DNA of 61,605 nucleotides from Perkinsus olseni (Eukaryota): NCBI GenBank assembly GCA_013115125.1, contig JABANN010000148.1, positions 1 to 61,605 of the forward strand, read 5' to 3'. Shown piece by piece: positions 11,546 to 23,085 of this stretch (position 1 is its first letter; each line of letters starts with the position of its first letter). The notes under the pieces were generated by a model. It saw only the letters and a program-made list of their open reading frames with translations, ran no database searches and was not told where the DNA came from. The position numbers and the translations under genes were made by a program.

Positions 11546-12453
11546 ATGAGGTCTCTCGAGTTGCTCTGTTCCGTCGCTATCCTCGTGGGGTCCTCGAAGG
11601 CGTGGGAGTCGGTCTTGGACTTGCCCAGTCAGCAAGACTCACGGAACGTGGTTTCCGGTGGGCAGGTGAGGACACTAGGTCGCCGGGCTGCTCGGAAGGC
11701 TACGCGTGTTCATGGCAGGACCCGCAGGAGCAATTTCTGGTGTGCCGTCGGCGGCGTCCAGGAAGCGTCCTCGGGGTGGGTTCGTGGTCTAGGGACGTCT
11801 GTCGAGGGACGGGCCTTCTGCGGAGTAGAGCAGAGTGCCACTCGAAGGGTCTCTGGCACCGGAGCGTCCACGTCTGGTTCTACCATCCGGAGAAACGTAA
11901 CGGACCTGGGACTAGGTCGTGGTCACTAGCGGTTGAGTTCAGGGGCAGTGTTGCTGCAAAGGAGGAGCTTCCTCAAGGAAACAAACCCTGGGCGGTGGGA
12001 TGTCTCTGTGGGTGGCCATGTCGACAGCAATGATGATGTAGTAATAGCGGAGTTGGGCAGTTCTCCCGAGTCTGTATTAGGTGCTGGAATCTGCAGGGAG
12101 AGAAGTTCGAGAGGAGTTGGGCTTCTCCATCGATCCCTCGGCCCTCGAGGAGGTTGGCATCGTCGCCACTGAAGCCCGAGGGCCCGGGTATACGGATCGG
12201 GAGTAGCCAAGCAGGCGTGGTCCATATGGTAGGCATCCCTGTCAGATTGAAGCACGTCGCGATACACCCCTGGCGAGGACGTCTCGAGAACCTACACCTC
12301 GACCCGAGTGAAGTCCTCGAGGCTGACTGGATGCCGTGGGCGAAGGTCCATCGTAGTCTTGTCCGTGGGGATGCCGAGTTTGTGAGATTTGATCGTGTTT
12401 ATGTGGACCTCTTGAACCACGTGTTGGTGCAAAAGTTCTATCCGTTTCGTTGA
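11546..12453 (+). CDS. Nudix hydrolase (IDI-like/NUDX3-like subfamily), multi-exon
   Basis: RAECHSKGLWHRSVHVWFY; VLLQRRSFLKETNPGRWDVSVGGHV; Nudix box REVREELG (about 12098-12122); EVLEADW. Lacks the WTNTCCSHP motif of true type-1 IDI. Start uncertain. Confidence 0.8.
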
Positions 12454-12602
12454 AGTGGTCTTATCAGTGTTGCGATCGAGAGCTCCGATCCGGGGGATGA
12501 GAGGAGGTCGCGCAGGAAGGCATGCTAGCCATGTTCCTCCCGCGAGACGACGTAGACTCGACTCCCGTGCGACACCCTCTCGCAACCTAGATTGGCTTAC
12601 CA

Positions 12603-14232
12603 ATGGTCGACTCGACCGGGCTGCTTCGAGGACCGCGGTCTAGGGGAGTGGAGGTGAAGCGATCGAGGATATGGCTGGTAAAGAAAAACAGGGAGGCAGG
12701 CTCGAAGAGGATCAATAACTATCGAGGCTTCCGCAAGATACATACCGGAATCTACGGCCAAAAGGTGGCTATGCCTGGCTTCTCCTCTCCTCGGACCACT
12801 ACGTGCCATCAGGTTAAGACGTGCTTCCTAGTTGAGCGTGGTCGTTGCACTCGGAGGATGGTTATCAAGCAGTACTCGAAGGCCACTATGGCTCGTCAAC
12901 GGCTGCCTGTCTACGGCAAGGGAGGGTACTGGGTGAAAGGACTTCTCGCCCCTTTGGGAGCTAGGCTATTTTCAGGTCCGTCTCTCTGGTGTCGGGGACG
13001 AGTTTGATTGAAGACGAGATACGTATTTTAGAGAAGCTGAAGGAGGAGAAAGTTCCTCACGTGGTAGGGCAAACTTCTCGTTTCATAATCCCGAGGTCTC
13101 GGGATCGATCCCAGGGCACTCCTGTAAGGCCGTCCTGCCGGTAGATATCTCTACATGAAGTATTGTCCTCCCCCAGCGAGGATCGCATCATCCTTGCGTT
13201 CGAGTGCGGAGGTTGCCAAATCATGCAGTACGCTTACGGTCGCCCTTTCGACTACGTGGCCACTACGAGCAGCCAATCTCGGGATGCACCCAGTAGGTCC
13301 TTGGTAAGGCACAGCGTCGGCGACCCTCGTTCGATCAGGCCAGTCGACCCCCATGGTGTATGACATTGATAAGTCTCTCGCACCTCAGCTGCTACGGCAG
13401 CTGTTGATAGGTGTTGCCAGGCTCCATGCAGGTAGAGGGCGGAGGCCGGCCGCGTTGTCTGTGTAGTCGTCACCCCTTCAGTTGGTGTTGTCCATAAAGA
13501 TATAAAGCCTGATAATATACTCCTGCGGGGAGACGATTGGTCCTGGGGGCTCAGGGACGCCGATGAGGAGGAAGGAAGGACGTAGCGCGGGGGATGACTC
13601 ATCACGAGATCGCTGGTCCGCGTAGCACATGGTCTTTATTCTTGATGCCTACTGCAGGCGCCCTTCCAGTGGCCCGATACCCAACCTCGCCTTATGTGAC
13701 TTCAACACAGCAGTACTCAAGGACGATCCGACCGATATGGAGATCTATGACGCCTTGGGCACGACCGCCTTCTCCCCGCCAGAAGTCTTCTTCGGGAAGG
13801 GTGAGAGTTCTTCTCGTGGTCGCTGTTAATTTCGGGCTTCGTCCGGAGGTCACCTCCACTACCATTGGCGAGCTTACACCCCTTCCGCTCAGATCCGGTC
13901 ACCGGGGGAGTATGCGGGAAAGCGAGGGACGTCTGGAGTGTTGGAGTTACCTTTTTCACGATGCTCACAGGTCAGTACCCGGCGATCCTCGTACCTTCAA
14001 GGCTGGACGTCCCGCCCCTTCAGGCAAGCTCCCTTGGCGGCCCACTGGTGCGGAGGCAAGTCCGAGTAGCAACCTCACATTGCAGCTATCAATTCTGAAC
14101 GATCCCCAGATCAAACTACCAGAGAGTGTTCCTCGAGACGCTCAAGACCTCCTGAGCGACCTCCTGGAGAAGGACCCCCGCCATCGAATTACTAGTGCAG
14201 ACGACGCTTTATCACATCAGTTTCTCGCTTAG
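12603..14232 (+). CDS. Ser/Thr protein kinase, CAMKK-like, multi-exon
   Basis: RINNY..IHTGIYGQK|VK; VIKQYSK; EIRILEKL; VVHKDIKPDNILL; LCDFN; GTTAFSPPE; ARDVWSVGVTFFTMLTG; LLEKDPRHRIT. Confidence 0.85.
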
Positions 14233-14289
14233 CCTACTGGGCGCTCCTCCGTGTTGGTTAACCTTGAATCCAGTACTTTAGGATTGAAT

Positions 14290-15058
14290 ATGACTGGGGG
14301 GCCGCTGCCACCATCCGGTCTATCTGGACTGGGCTCGGTGTTGGGAAAGTACACTTCTCTCGAGGACGTATGCAAGCTTCCCATCGTGAGCCTCGGCCAC
14401 CCCCAGAGAATTCCTTTGAGGAGTTGTTCTACTGCAGGCGAGGACGCTGCCAACTCTGTGGAAGCACTGCACGCTGGTTGATTGGATCGGCCCTCCGACT
14501 CATGCTGACATCGATCGACCGTAGCTTACTCCCTTCCACGGACTTGAGAGCATGTTCCCGGCAGGTACCCTGAAGGGACCCTTGGTGCGGTGTACAACCC
14601 CAAGCACGGAGAGGCTGGTTTCACGTAGGGACTGCTGAACCCTCGTCCATGCCTTCCCTAGCAGCACTGCAGCGCCCGAGGATACTTCCCCCGAGTGTCG
14701 TGGAGTTCCCCAGAAGTCCGACTATGGGTGAGGGAGCATGCAATGGATTGGTTGGGCATGCAGCCAGATGAGGTCCACCACGGGCCTGTGCAACGTAGGC
14801 AGCAGCAGCGCCCTCACATCACGATGGCCGACACTCGAGCGATGGAACTTTTCAGATGGTTACTCCTCGCCTCTTGCGGCTTATCCACCTACTGGGTTCA
14901 TGCAAAGCAGTTTCGTCACCGGTAAGGGGCAGATGACGATTATGATGATACGGATGGTTACGCTCAGAAAGTCTCCACCATGGGCATGCCACCGCTGTCC
15001 ACAGCATGTTCTGACTGGCTCCCTACTTGAGTACTCTAGTAATCCAGGCGCGGCATAA
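14290..15058 (+). CDS. Hypothetical protein with Cys pairs (CQLC, CHRC)
   Basis: Chain of + strand ORFs separated by GT-AG gaps. No family recognised. Confidence 0.3.
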
Positions 15059-16065
15059 GTCATAGTAATGAGTACCGGCTATGTATATACAGTTCGCTCC
15101 CGGAGACAATAGTGAAGCCCCGTCAGAGGTTACCCCTTCTATTGGTAGAAGGCATCGCGTATCATGTAATTCAATCCAACAACAAGCCCTCAAAGACACA
15201 TGAACAACATCTCCAAACAACAGGCATGATCAGCATTAGTCGCTTTCATCAGAACCATAACCCCTTAGCTTAGCAAGGGCCTAAGGAACACGAGGTGCCA
15301 GAAGATGCAGGCCTGTGGTCTCGCACTTGTCTAGTAGTGTAAGTGGTAAGGTCCGACAAGTTGATGGCTGGGAATGGGTTCAGGAATTCAACGAACGCCT
15401 TCGGTAGTTTAGTCATTAGCTACAAGAATGACGCTACTGTGCACCGATTGATGAGCTACTCTCCCACCTTCTCTTCTGTCGGATAATTGATGTTCCTTAG
15501 ATTCTCCCGAGATATCGAAATCTCCTGCTTTAGTTTCGGTCCCACATGGTAGAAGAAGTTGCCACGGAGTTCGGTCATAATTCTGAGGTCCAAGCAATGC
15601 GCCAGTTGAGCAACTGCTGCTGCTGCACACCCGATCTCGAAGGCTTCCGTGAAGGGAATCTCAGCCACGAGGGTTGCGGATTGCACGGGTGCCGTGAAAG
15701 AGAGAACTCTATAGATCATGCCCATCCATAGAGGCTTAGGGCGAGGGCGGACTTGAGGCCTGAACATCAGCAGCAGCAGAAGGATGGGACGCCGTAGCCA
15801 GCAGCCAGGCTTGAGCACGATGGCTTACTTCATATCAGGCAGGACGAGGCTGATCACTCTCGTTGGGAACCGGAGATTAACCGAGAGCTCCCGTACGACC
15901 TGTGGAGAGTTTATGAGCCCAGAGGATACAAGTAACGAGTATGTAGACCGTGGTCACCTCAGATTCGAGGGCCTTGCGTTTCATAGCCGCCTGAGGACTC
16001 TTGTAGGCAAATATAACAGTCCGGTGTCTATGCCGAGTTAGCAGCTCTCTCCTCACTTTACGCAT
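15023..16065 (-). CDS. Hypothetical multi-exon protein
   Basis: Minus-strand ORFs 15456..15818 and 15023..15220 read as protein-like segments. Boundaries uncertain. Confidence 0.25.
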
Positions 16066-16463
16066 CGTGCTGAGGGCCTGCGATAGCGAGGATGGCTGTG
16101 CCGAGAGAGATCATCCTCTCTGCCTTACCACGGCCCTCACATCATTCCATTGCCACTTCACTTCGGGCGAGGCCACCCTCACCGTCGGTATTTCCCGGAA
16201 CTGGAGCGGCATCTCAGACCTGCGGCCACCAGCATCTTCGACCATGGCCGAGTCACCACACGGCGACCCACCGGCAGATGTCTATGAGTTCCCTGCCTGC
16301 CCCTTGGCCGAAGGTGAATATGCGGCCCCCCGGTATCCCTAGGTTTCGAGCTTCCTGAACTCTGTTGGATAGTCCTCTGCATTGTGCGTAGATGTCGGTT
16401 AGCGCGATCGGGGAGCTCCTGAGGAGCTCGACTCAATGCGGGGCAAGCATCCCACTTCCAACT

Positions 16464-17496
16464 TTACCGTTTCACGTAATCAATCTGCTCCGCTGGAACC
16501 AATCCGTAGTGGAACTCGAAGCCACAGCGTGAGGTAACGATCTTCTCTCCGCGCAACTCTTCAATGAGACTGGTGCGGAAATCCGGGTTCGTTGGAGTCT
16601 GTTGATCATCAGTAACGAAGATGATTGAACACTTCGGCTGGCTGAACTTGTCCCGCATCAGTTCTGCAACGCCAATGGGATCGTACGGTGCCCACTGGAG
16701 GCGACTCCCGTAGCTGCCCGCGTAAGGTATCTGAGCCGGGAAGGGAAAGAGGATGGTTGAAGGTCGCTTGCCGAGGCGCCTGCTGCATGACCGCACATCC
16801 ATCGCGTGCAGTCCGGGCTCGGAGGTCACGTGAGGTCCCCTCGGAGTATAATAGCCGAAGACTTTGGTCTGACCCCAAATGTCGGCAACTATTGAATCAT
16901 ATTTCTCTTTCGCCATGTTCAATAGATCGGCCGTGATCAGGAGGATCTGTGGGTTGATGGCGATAACTCCAGCCAGCTCGAAGGGAAAGAAGATCCTGCA
17001 GGGAAGACGGTCGTCTGGGAGGCACCTAGGAACCATGCCTACGAGACATGCATCGCTAGGCCGGCGGCCTTGCCAATGCCTCCGATAAAAATGTTGGAGA
17101 AAGGGGCTTCCTCCGCCGCTCCATAGAGGATCTCGTCGATCTCCGCCCGTTTAGCCTCGAGCTCTCGTGTGGAGGATCCGTCCCTAAATGATGAGTGTGG
17201 AAAGGGGACAACATTACTGGTGATCGGCACCAATGCGCCGAGAGAGAAACCTCCTTCCACTTCGGTCGAGAACCTCCGCACGGAGGGGAGCTCGTGGATG
17301 ACCCAGCGGTGATTTCGTTGAGCTCCTGATGGGAAGCAGAGGAGGGCTATGGGCGGACGGTCTCAGCAGGGTGGGCTACACGCTGTATATCGACTTCCAA
17401 GTCTCCTTCTCTCCGCACTATCCACACGACTTGGCATGGGTTGCCCTCCACAATGGGGTAACCGAGGAGGGCAGCTACTAGGGTGGAGAGACGCAT
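16464..17496 (-). CDS. Secreted acyl-protein thioesterase/lysophospholipase-like alpha/beta hydrolase, nucleophile apparently lost
   Basis: Signal-like MRLSTLVAALLGYPIVEG at 17496. Removing intron 16996-17042 gives NIFIGGIGKAAGLAMHVSIFFPFELAGVIAIN, in register with APT1-type [32 protein letters not shown]. Confidence 0.6.
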
Positions 17497-17639
17497 GTTC
17501 ACTACTGGAGGTGGAATGAAAAAGGCTCGAAGCGTGAAGGGTGGCGAGCGAAGTTCAACGAGGGGAAAAGCGGGTACGCTCGACCGAGGCATGCGAGGAA
17601 GTCCACGATTCCTCATTATGATCGACCGTGTCCTATTCA

Positions 17640-20450
17640 AATTCCCCCAACCCTGGATCCGAGAGGAAGCCATCATCAACGTCATGGTTGTGACATTTTC
17701 TCCCGGTGTCCCTGCCTCTCTGGGGAAGCTCGTCACTTTTAGATAGTAACTCTGTGCGCTCGAACCCGGCCGGATGTGCGGAAGGCCATGAGCATCCGGC
17801 GGGCCAGCACAAACTTCAAAGTTGGGAATCAGGCTAGCGTCGACCCGAGCCTTGCTAACTGCTTCCATGTCGGCAAGGGACTCGCATGGAGACTGCATCC
17901 CGACCAGGGCCTCGTTTGAGAACGGGGGCGAACGTACAGTAGGCCGGTCGAGCAGGGATGGGGTCACCAAGTACAATGCCAGTGACTGCTGTAACCGCTG
18001 TCCGCTTGGAAGGAACATGCTGACCAATGCTGCTATGCCTTATCGTGAAGGCGGTCATTTAAAGCAGACGATTCATCTTCAGTGTCTTTGCCGTCTACAG
18101 CAGCCACGGACAACCCTAACTTATCGAGGCCAGCCCTTCTGTGCGACTCGACAGGGGAGAGACAGAAAAACGTCCCAATGGAGCGCTCTGAACCTCTTCG
18201 GGTGCGTCGACTGCATGGCACACACATTATCAAGAAAGTGTCCGCAAAGGAAGCACGCATGCCCATTGAACCGTGGCCTGGGATTATCTGGGGGACCTGC
18301 ACAGCAACCCATTCGGTCGGCGGGCCGAGAGGTGTAGCCGGAGCGTGAGGAGAAGGTAGCGATGATGATACTAACCTGGATGATCGGCGGGCTGAGGTAA
18401 GGAAAGCCGCCGCCCAAAGCCCCTCCATAAGTCCCAGCACCTCTAGCAGGTACCAGGAACACAGGAGCTGTCAGAAGACAAGCGTGGATGTGTCTGTCAG
18501 GGAAGGCTCCAGTGCAAAGGACGCACCTTGCAGGCTTCTGTGCCGACGATGATGACGGCCGCGGCGGTGTCGTAGTGATGATGCGTGACGGGAAGTACCT
18601 GAGGTAACTAGAGGCTCGAAGATAACTGCTGGAGAGGCTATAGTCCTCAATAAGGGGTTCACACATCGCAGTCCCACGTCGGTCTAATGCCGATGAATCA
18701 GGGGGAGTATATCAATGATCGGTGTATCATCCGACCCTGTTACCGGGGAAGCTCGTCCCTTCACTGATTCCGTGATGATGATAATCATCATGCGATGAGG
18801 AGCCACCCGATAGGAAGTCCGATAACATCAGGCGGAATAGCTAGCAACAGATGGATGTACCCCGAATCCCGTTGCAGCCCCATCTGTTGTCAACCTGGCT
18901 GGCTCAACCACCACCACGATCAAGTGGAAAGCGGAGAGCGTAGACTGGCGTTCCCAGACACTGGAAAGAGGTGCTCGTTGACGCCTCCGGCGAGACGGGT
19001 GATATTCTTGTCGTGCCCACTCGTCAACACAACACGGCGAAGGCATAACGAAAGCTACGACCTTAGGCAGCTGAGACGTCCCATGCGGGAGAGTAGACTA
19101 CCATGATGATATTGTGGAGAGAAATTCACTTCCTCAGACGCAACAGCTTTTTCCTAAGGCGAGCTCCGCCCCGTCGTCACCAAATCAACATACACTAAAA
19201 GAAACCACATTCGCCGCCTCGAGGTTGCTTAGTTGTAGTAGCTGATTCACACGACGTGATGCATGCGAGAAGTGATGTGTTGTTGACTCCTCCTTGCAGA
19301 AGACCATGCCCCGGCAGGATCTGAGGGACCTGACCAGGGAAGGGCGAGGCGCGGGTCTTCATAACTGTTGGACGAGCCATGCTCCCACCGCGATGACATG
19401 TGGCCATAGTAGGTGACGCGGGAAGTACCCTGGAAAGAAGCGTCCAATGGGGTCATGGCTGAGGCCATGACTGGCGGGCATCATAAATATTACACCTGAG
19501 TTGGCAGGAGGCTGACCGAGTACTCAGCTGGCTCACTTCGATCATGATGAGGCTTTAGTGAATGGTGTCGGTCTGAGACGAGAATGAGAGACTACTGCTA
19601 CGTCCAGCGCTACTCCAGGTGGGGATTACGTGGTCGATAGAAGGAGGTAGGGCCTGGTGCGCCCTCGTGAGGGGAGGGTGGATGGGAATGTGTCATGTTA
19701 GATACTGTGTGACTGGGGCGGCTCAAGTGCACTGATAGAACGGTTATAAGTACTCTCAGCTCAATCCCTCGGTACCCAGAGTGCGTGTTGGTATCTATCA
19801 TGATGACAGTGGTCGCCACAGAGGAGCATCGACGCCCATGGCGGATGAGAGAACACAGCACGCTTCGTAGTGAGATCGGGCAGCTGAACAAACGAAGACA
19901 CAACGGAATGACTCGCTCAGAACCTCACTCATATCTTATTCTCTCAACCTCAAGATACGCAAATTCCCAGTTGGCATTTAGGCTCACAATGACGCCAGGG
20001 TTGGGCAGGTGGGGCATCCGCCCTCCCAGCCCGGCTATTCCTCCAGCGCCTGGCCTCTGATAGTCGAATATCATCGCTCCATCTAATGGTCGGCAATTCA
20101 GTCCGTCGACCTCAATCATCCACCTACGGGGCCGATGCCATCGCCAATGCTTGTGCAGCTTCCCTAGTATCCTTCTTTTATCTGAACTCCATCCCGCAAG
20201 CCTAGTGTAGTAAAGGGTGCTTCACAATGCCGTGAACAACTTTGAGCCCTTGTAAATTCTCAAGGTGGAATCTTTTCATGACGAAATCCGGAGTGAGTAA
20301 AGCCAGGATCACAATAAGCACACGTACCAAAATTGACGCCTTCAACAGGCGACTGCAGCTACCGCGATCTGGAAATTCACCGCACGCCGGAGAGCCTCTG
20401 TACCCCGGGCGCCCATCCACGTCTAATAGCATCAGCAGACATTACTCGTG
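17640..20450 (-). CDS. One or more hypothetical multi-exon proteins with Cys/His clusters (CVLC...HIHAC; CFLCGH)
   Basis: Long minus-strand ORFs (17347..18027, 18121..18666, 19925..20119). Exon structure could not be resolved. Confidence 0.25.
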
Positions 20451-20607
20451 ATAATGGCAAGACTTGTTACTCGGTGTTCATCATGCACAACACCACTGCT
20501 ACTGCTGCTGCTGCTGCTGACGCCATTCTGATGGCAATCCAATATCATCTTTCCGAAGAGTTCAATCCAGCTTTCCTTCTCTGTCTTCCAATTAGAATCA
20601 CTCTTGA

Positions 20608-22702
20608 CTAACGCAAGGCCACGACAGTAACAGCAATGCATATGAACATCATTGGCATGGAGAGAAGAGGATCCATCTTAATCTCGCGGGCCGTCCTTAT
20701 CACAAAGCAACGACCTACTGGTAGAACATGCTGGCCCACCTTCTCGAACGTGGGGCGGGAGATCATTGAGCAACAGAATTCGGTGCCAAAGTGGCATCGC
20801 ATGCATGGCCTACGTATTTGGACAAGCCAGGTGTCCCTCCGACGACGATAGGCCCCTCTGTGTAGGTCGCTACCCCGTTGACCGGGTCTATAGCTATACC
20901 ACCCCCTGTATGCACCTCGTACTGGGGCACATCATCACTCAGCTCAGTCTCTCCCCTGGCAGCTTCTGCCGAAGTGGATTTCTCTCCTCTGGACGCCTCT
21001 GTAGCTTCAGCCTTCGGCAATGGTCGGCCGAGCCTGTCAACATCTTCACCTAGCAGGCAGCAGGTCGATACGGTAACGCGAAGGCTGCGTGCATCTCACC
21101 GGTGAAGAACTTGTGATGAGCTCGCAGTAAATTAGAATCGTTATCCAAATCAATATTGAAATCTTGTTTCTTGGTCACAATAAACGGCAACCATGCGCAG
21201 AGTATCTTATGCTGAGCCGTGAGTTGCTCGATCTCCGGGCCTGCACCACCCATGGAAGCGCCGCGACAAGTACAGCAGCCTATTACCGGACATCATTTTT
21301 ATCGTCTTCGTTTTGCAGGGTTTGAAGTTGTTATGATGCTCACTAACAGCGTTTAATAAAGCATGTCGTTCATACCGTGCATCCCCTATGGAGATGGTGT
21401 TCTTCCAGGATTGCCCTCTGTACCTGAGACCATCACCGCCCTGCCGGACCGTAGCCATGACATTTCCCTCACTCGCCGTAAAATCTAGACAACATGAAAT
21501 TCATGGCCCTCTGCTTCTTGATGGTGTTGAGGCAGTACTGACGGAGGATTCTCATCAGCACGATTGGAGGCACCTCCTACCCCGCTGGCCTTGATATCAG
21601 CAGCAACCTGCTTGTCCACTGTCATCCTAGCATACATGATAGGTATCTGTAGCTCCTCAATGGTATCCTCCAGCTCAGGCATGAAGTTCCGCACTGATAT
21701 CGTGCACCACGGCTGAGTCGCCAGGGTGACGATCCCAACCTGCGGCAGAGATCGTACGAGAGCGACCAAGTGGATCTCAGACTTTACGTTAGCGCAAGCC
21801 TTCGCCTCTCGCAGTAGTCGTGCAGCAGATTTTGCGCACTCCCTTAACGGCTTTCTGTACCTAAATCAAACATGAATGGCACGTGATAGCCAAATATTTC
21901 TCCCACTTGGGGTCCTTCGGGCAGGGCTTGGACCATTGAAGATGGGGATGGCACCACTTCACCCTACAGACCAACCGTCGGAGAAGATACTGTTGGAGAG
22001 GGTCCCACCAGCTAGTCGGGAAAATGGTGTCATCCCAGTCGAAGATGACGACTGTCTGGCTCGGGAGATGCCAGTTCAGGATACTTCCACGCCGAACTTT
22101 CACATCCTCATTCGGAGGCTTTTCCACTACGGCGCCCTCTTGCGTTGTTGACGGCGGTCCCTCTCCTTGCTCCTCCGCTTCCTCCACTTGCAGGGGGAGC
22201 GAGACTACTGGGGCACTGGGCTTAGGCAGGAGGATGTCTCGAAGGCTCTGACGTGTTACATAGATACACAGGAAGGTAGCGAGTCCTACCCTCCTCCTCT
22301 GTTTCCCTTGAGTATCCCCAACCCCATCCGTGTCGACCATGGTTGAACCTAAGATACCCTTTGGATACGCGCTGGTGCCGTTTTCGGCACTCACATTCCT
22401 GGGCGAGATCGTTGATAGTCTTGTCATGCTCAGCGGCCTCAGCACGCTCCTCTTCGGTACAGTTGTTAATCTCTTCAGCGTGGACCTTTGACAACGCCAC
22501 GTCCCGGAGGCCAACAAGAATCATCTCCAGCCGACCCCACCTTTGGGTTGTAGTTGTGATGGTTATGCGCCGCGCTCATTCGACGTTCGCTCCCATCAGG
22601 CAGGTCAGCCCAGGGGGTCTCCGCATCAGGCTCAGCGGTAGTACCAGTACTTCGCCGCTTCAGGCGTTCCATCACCTCCGCGGCTTTACCATGCTCAACC
22701 AA
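20608..22702 (-). CDS. HAD-superfamily protein of the FDWDDT family (HADO-like), multi-exon
   Basis: TVVIFDWDDTIFPTSW (DxD motif I); VGIVTLATQPW (motif II); ISIGDARYERHAL (motif IV); KTIKM..PEIEQL. 3' end approximate. Confidence 0.75.
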
Positions 22703-23085
22703 AGATACTCTCCCTAAAATGCAGGTACCCCCGGTACTCCCTGTTCGACCTACTTTTGGTGTCGAAGGCGCCTGCTTGCCCTTTACTCGATGTTAGACGA
22801 GGGAGACAGAGCGAAGGCATCATAAGAGGTCGCGTGGCAACTGCGCAGAAACCCGAATTTAGCCATAATCGACCTAAAGATTCCCTCCTCAGAGGGTTAG
22901 TAACCACAGTCAACAACACTTGAAAGGCTTTTCGACGATCAGTCCGCCAAGTCGAAAATTGAAGCCATCTGCGATCATCCATGACGCGCTCCCCTTTGAG
23001 CCCTATGATTTCCACTGAGGACGCAATAAAAATCGATTGTACAGGCGTGCGCAGTGTCTCACACGGTCGTTTGCGTTTCTAAACA

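Noticed and set aside
11546-12453. Calling the Nudix gene IPP isomerase (idi)
   Set aside because: The catalytic Cys motif WTNTCCSHP is replaced by WDVSVGGHV.
21448-21458. ACCGTAGCCAT matching the 5' half of the perkinsid/dinoflagellate spliced leader
   Set aside because: Only 11 nt, not followed by (C/T)TTGGCTCAAG, and antisense within the HAD gene. Not an SL RNA gene or credible relic.
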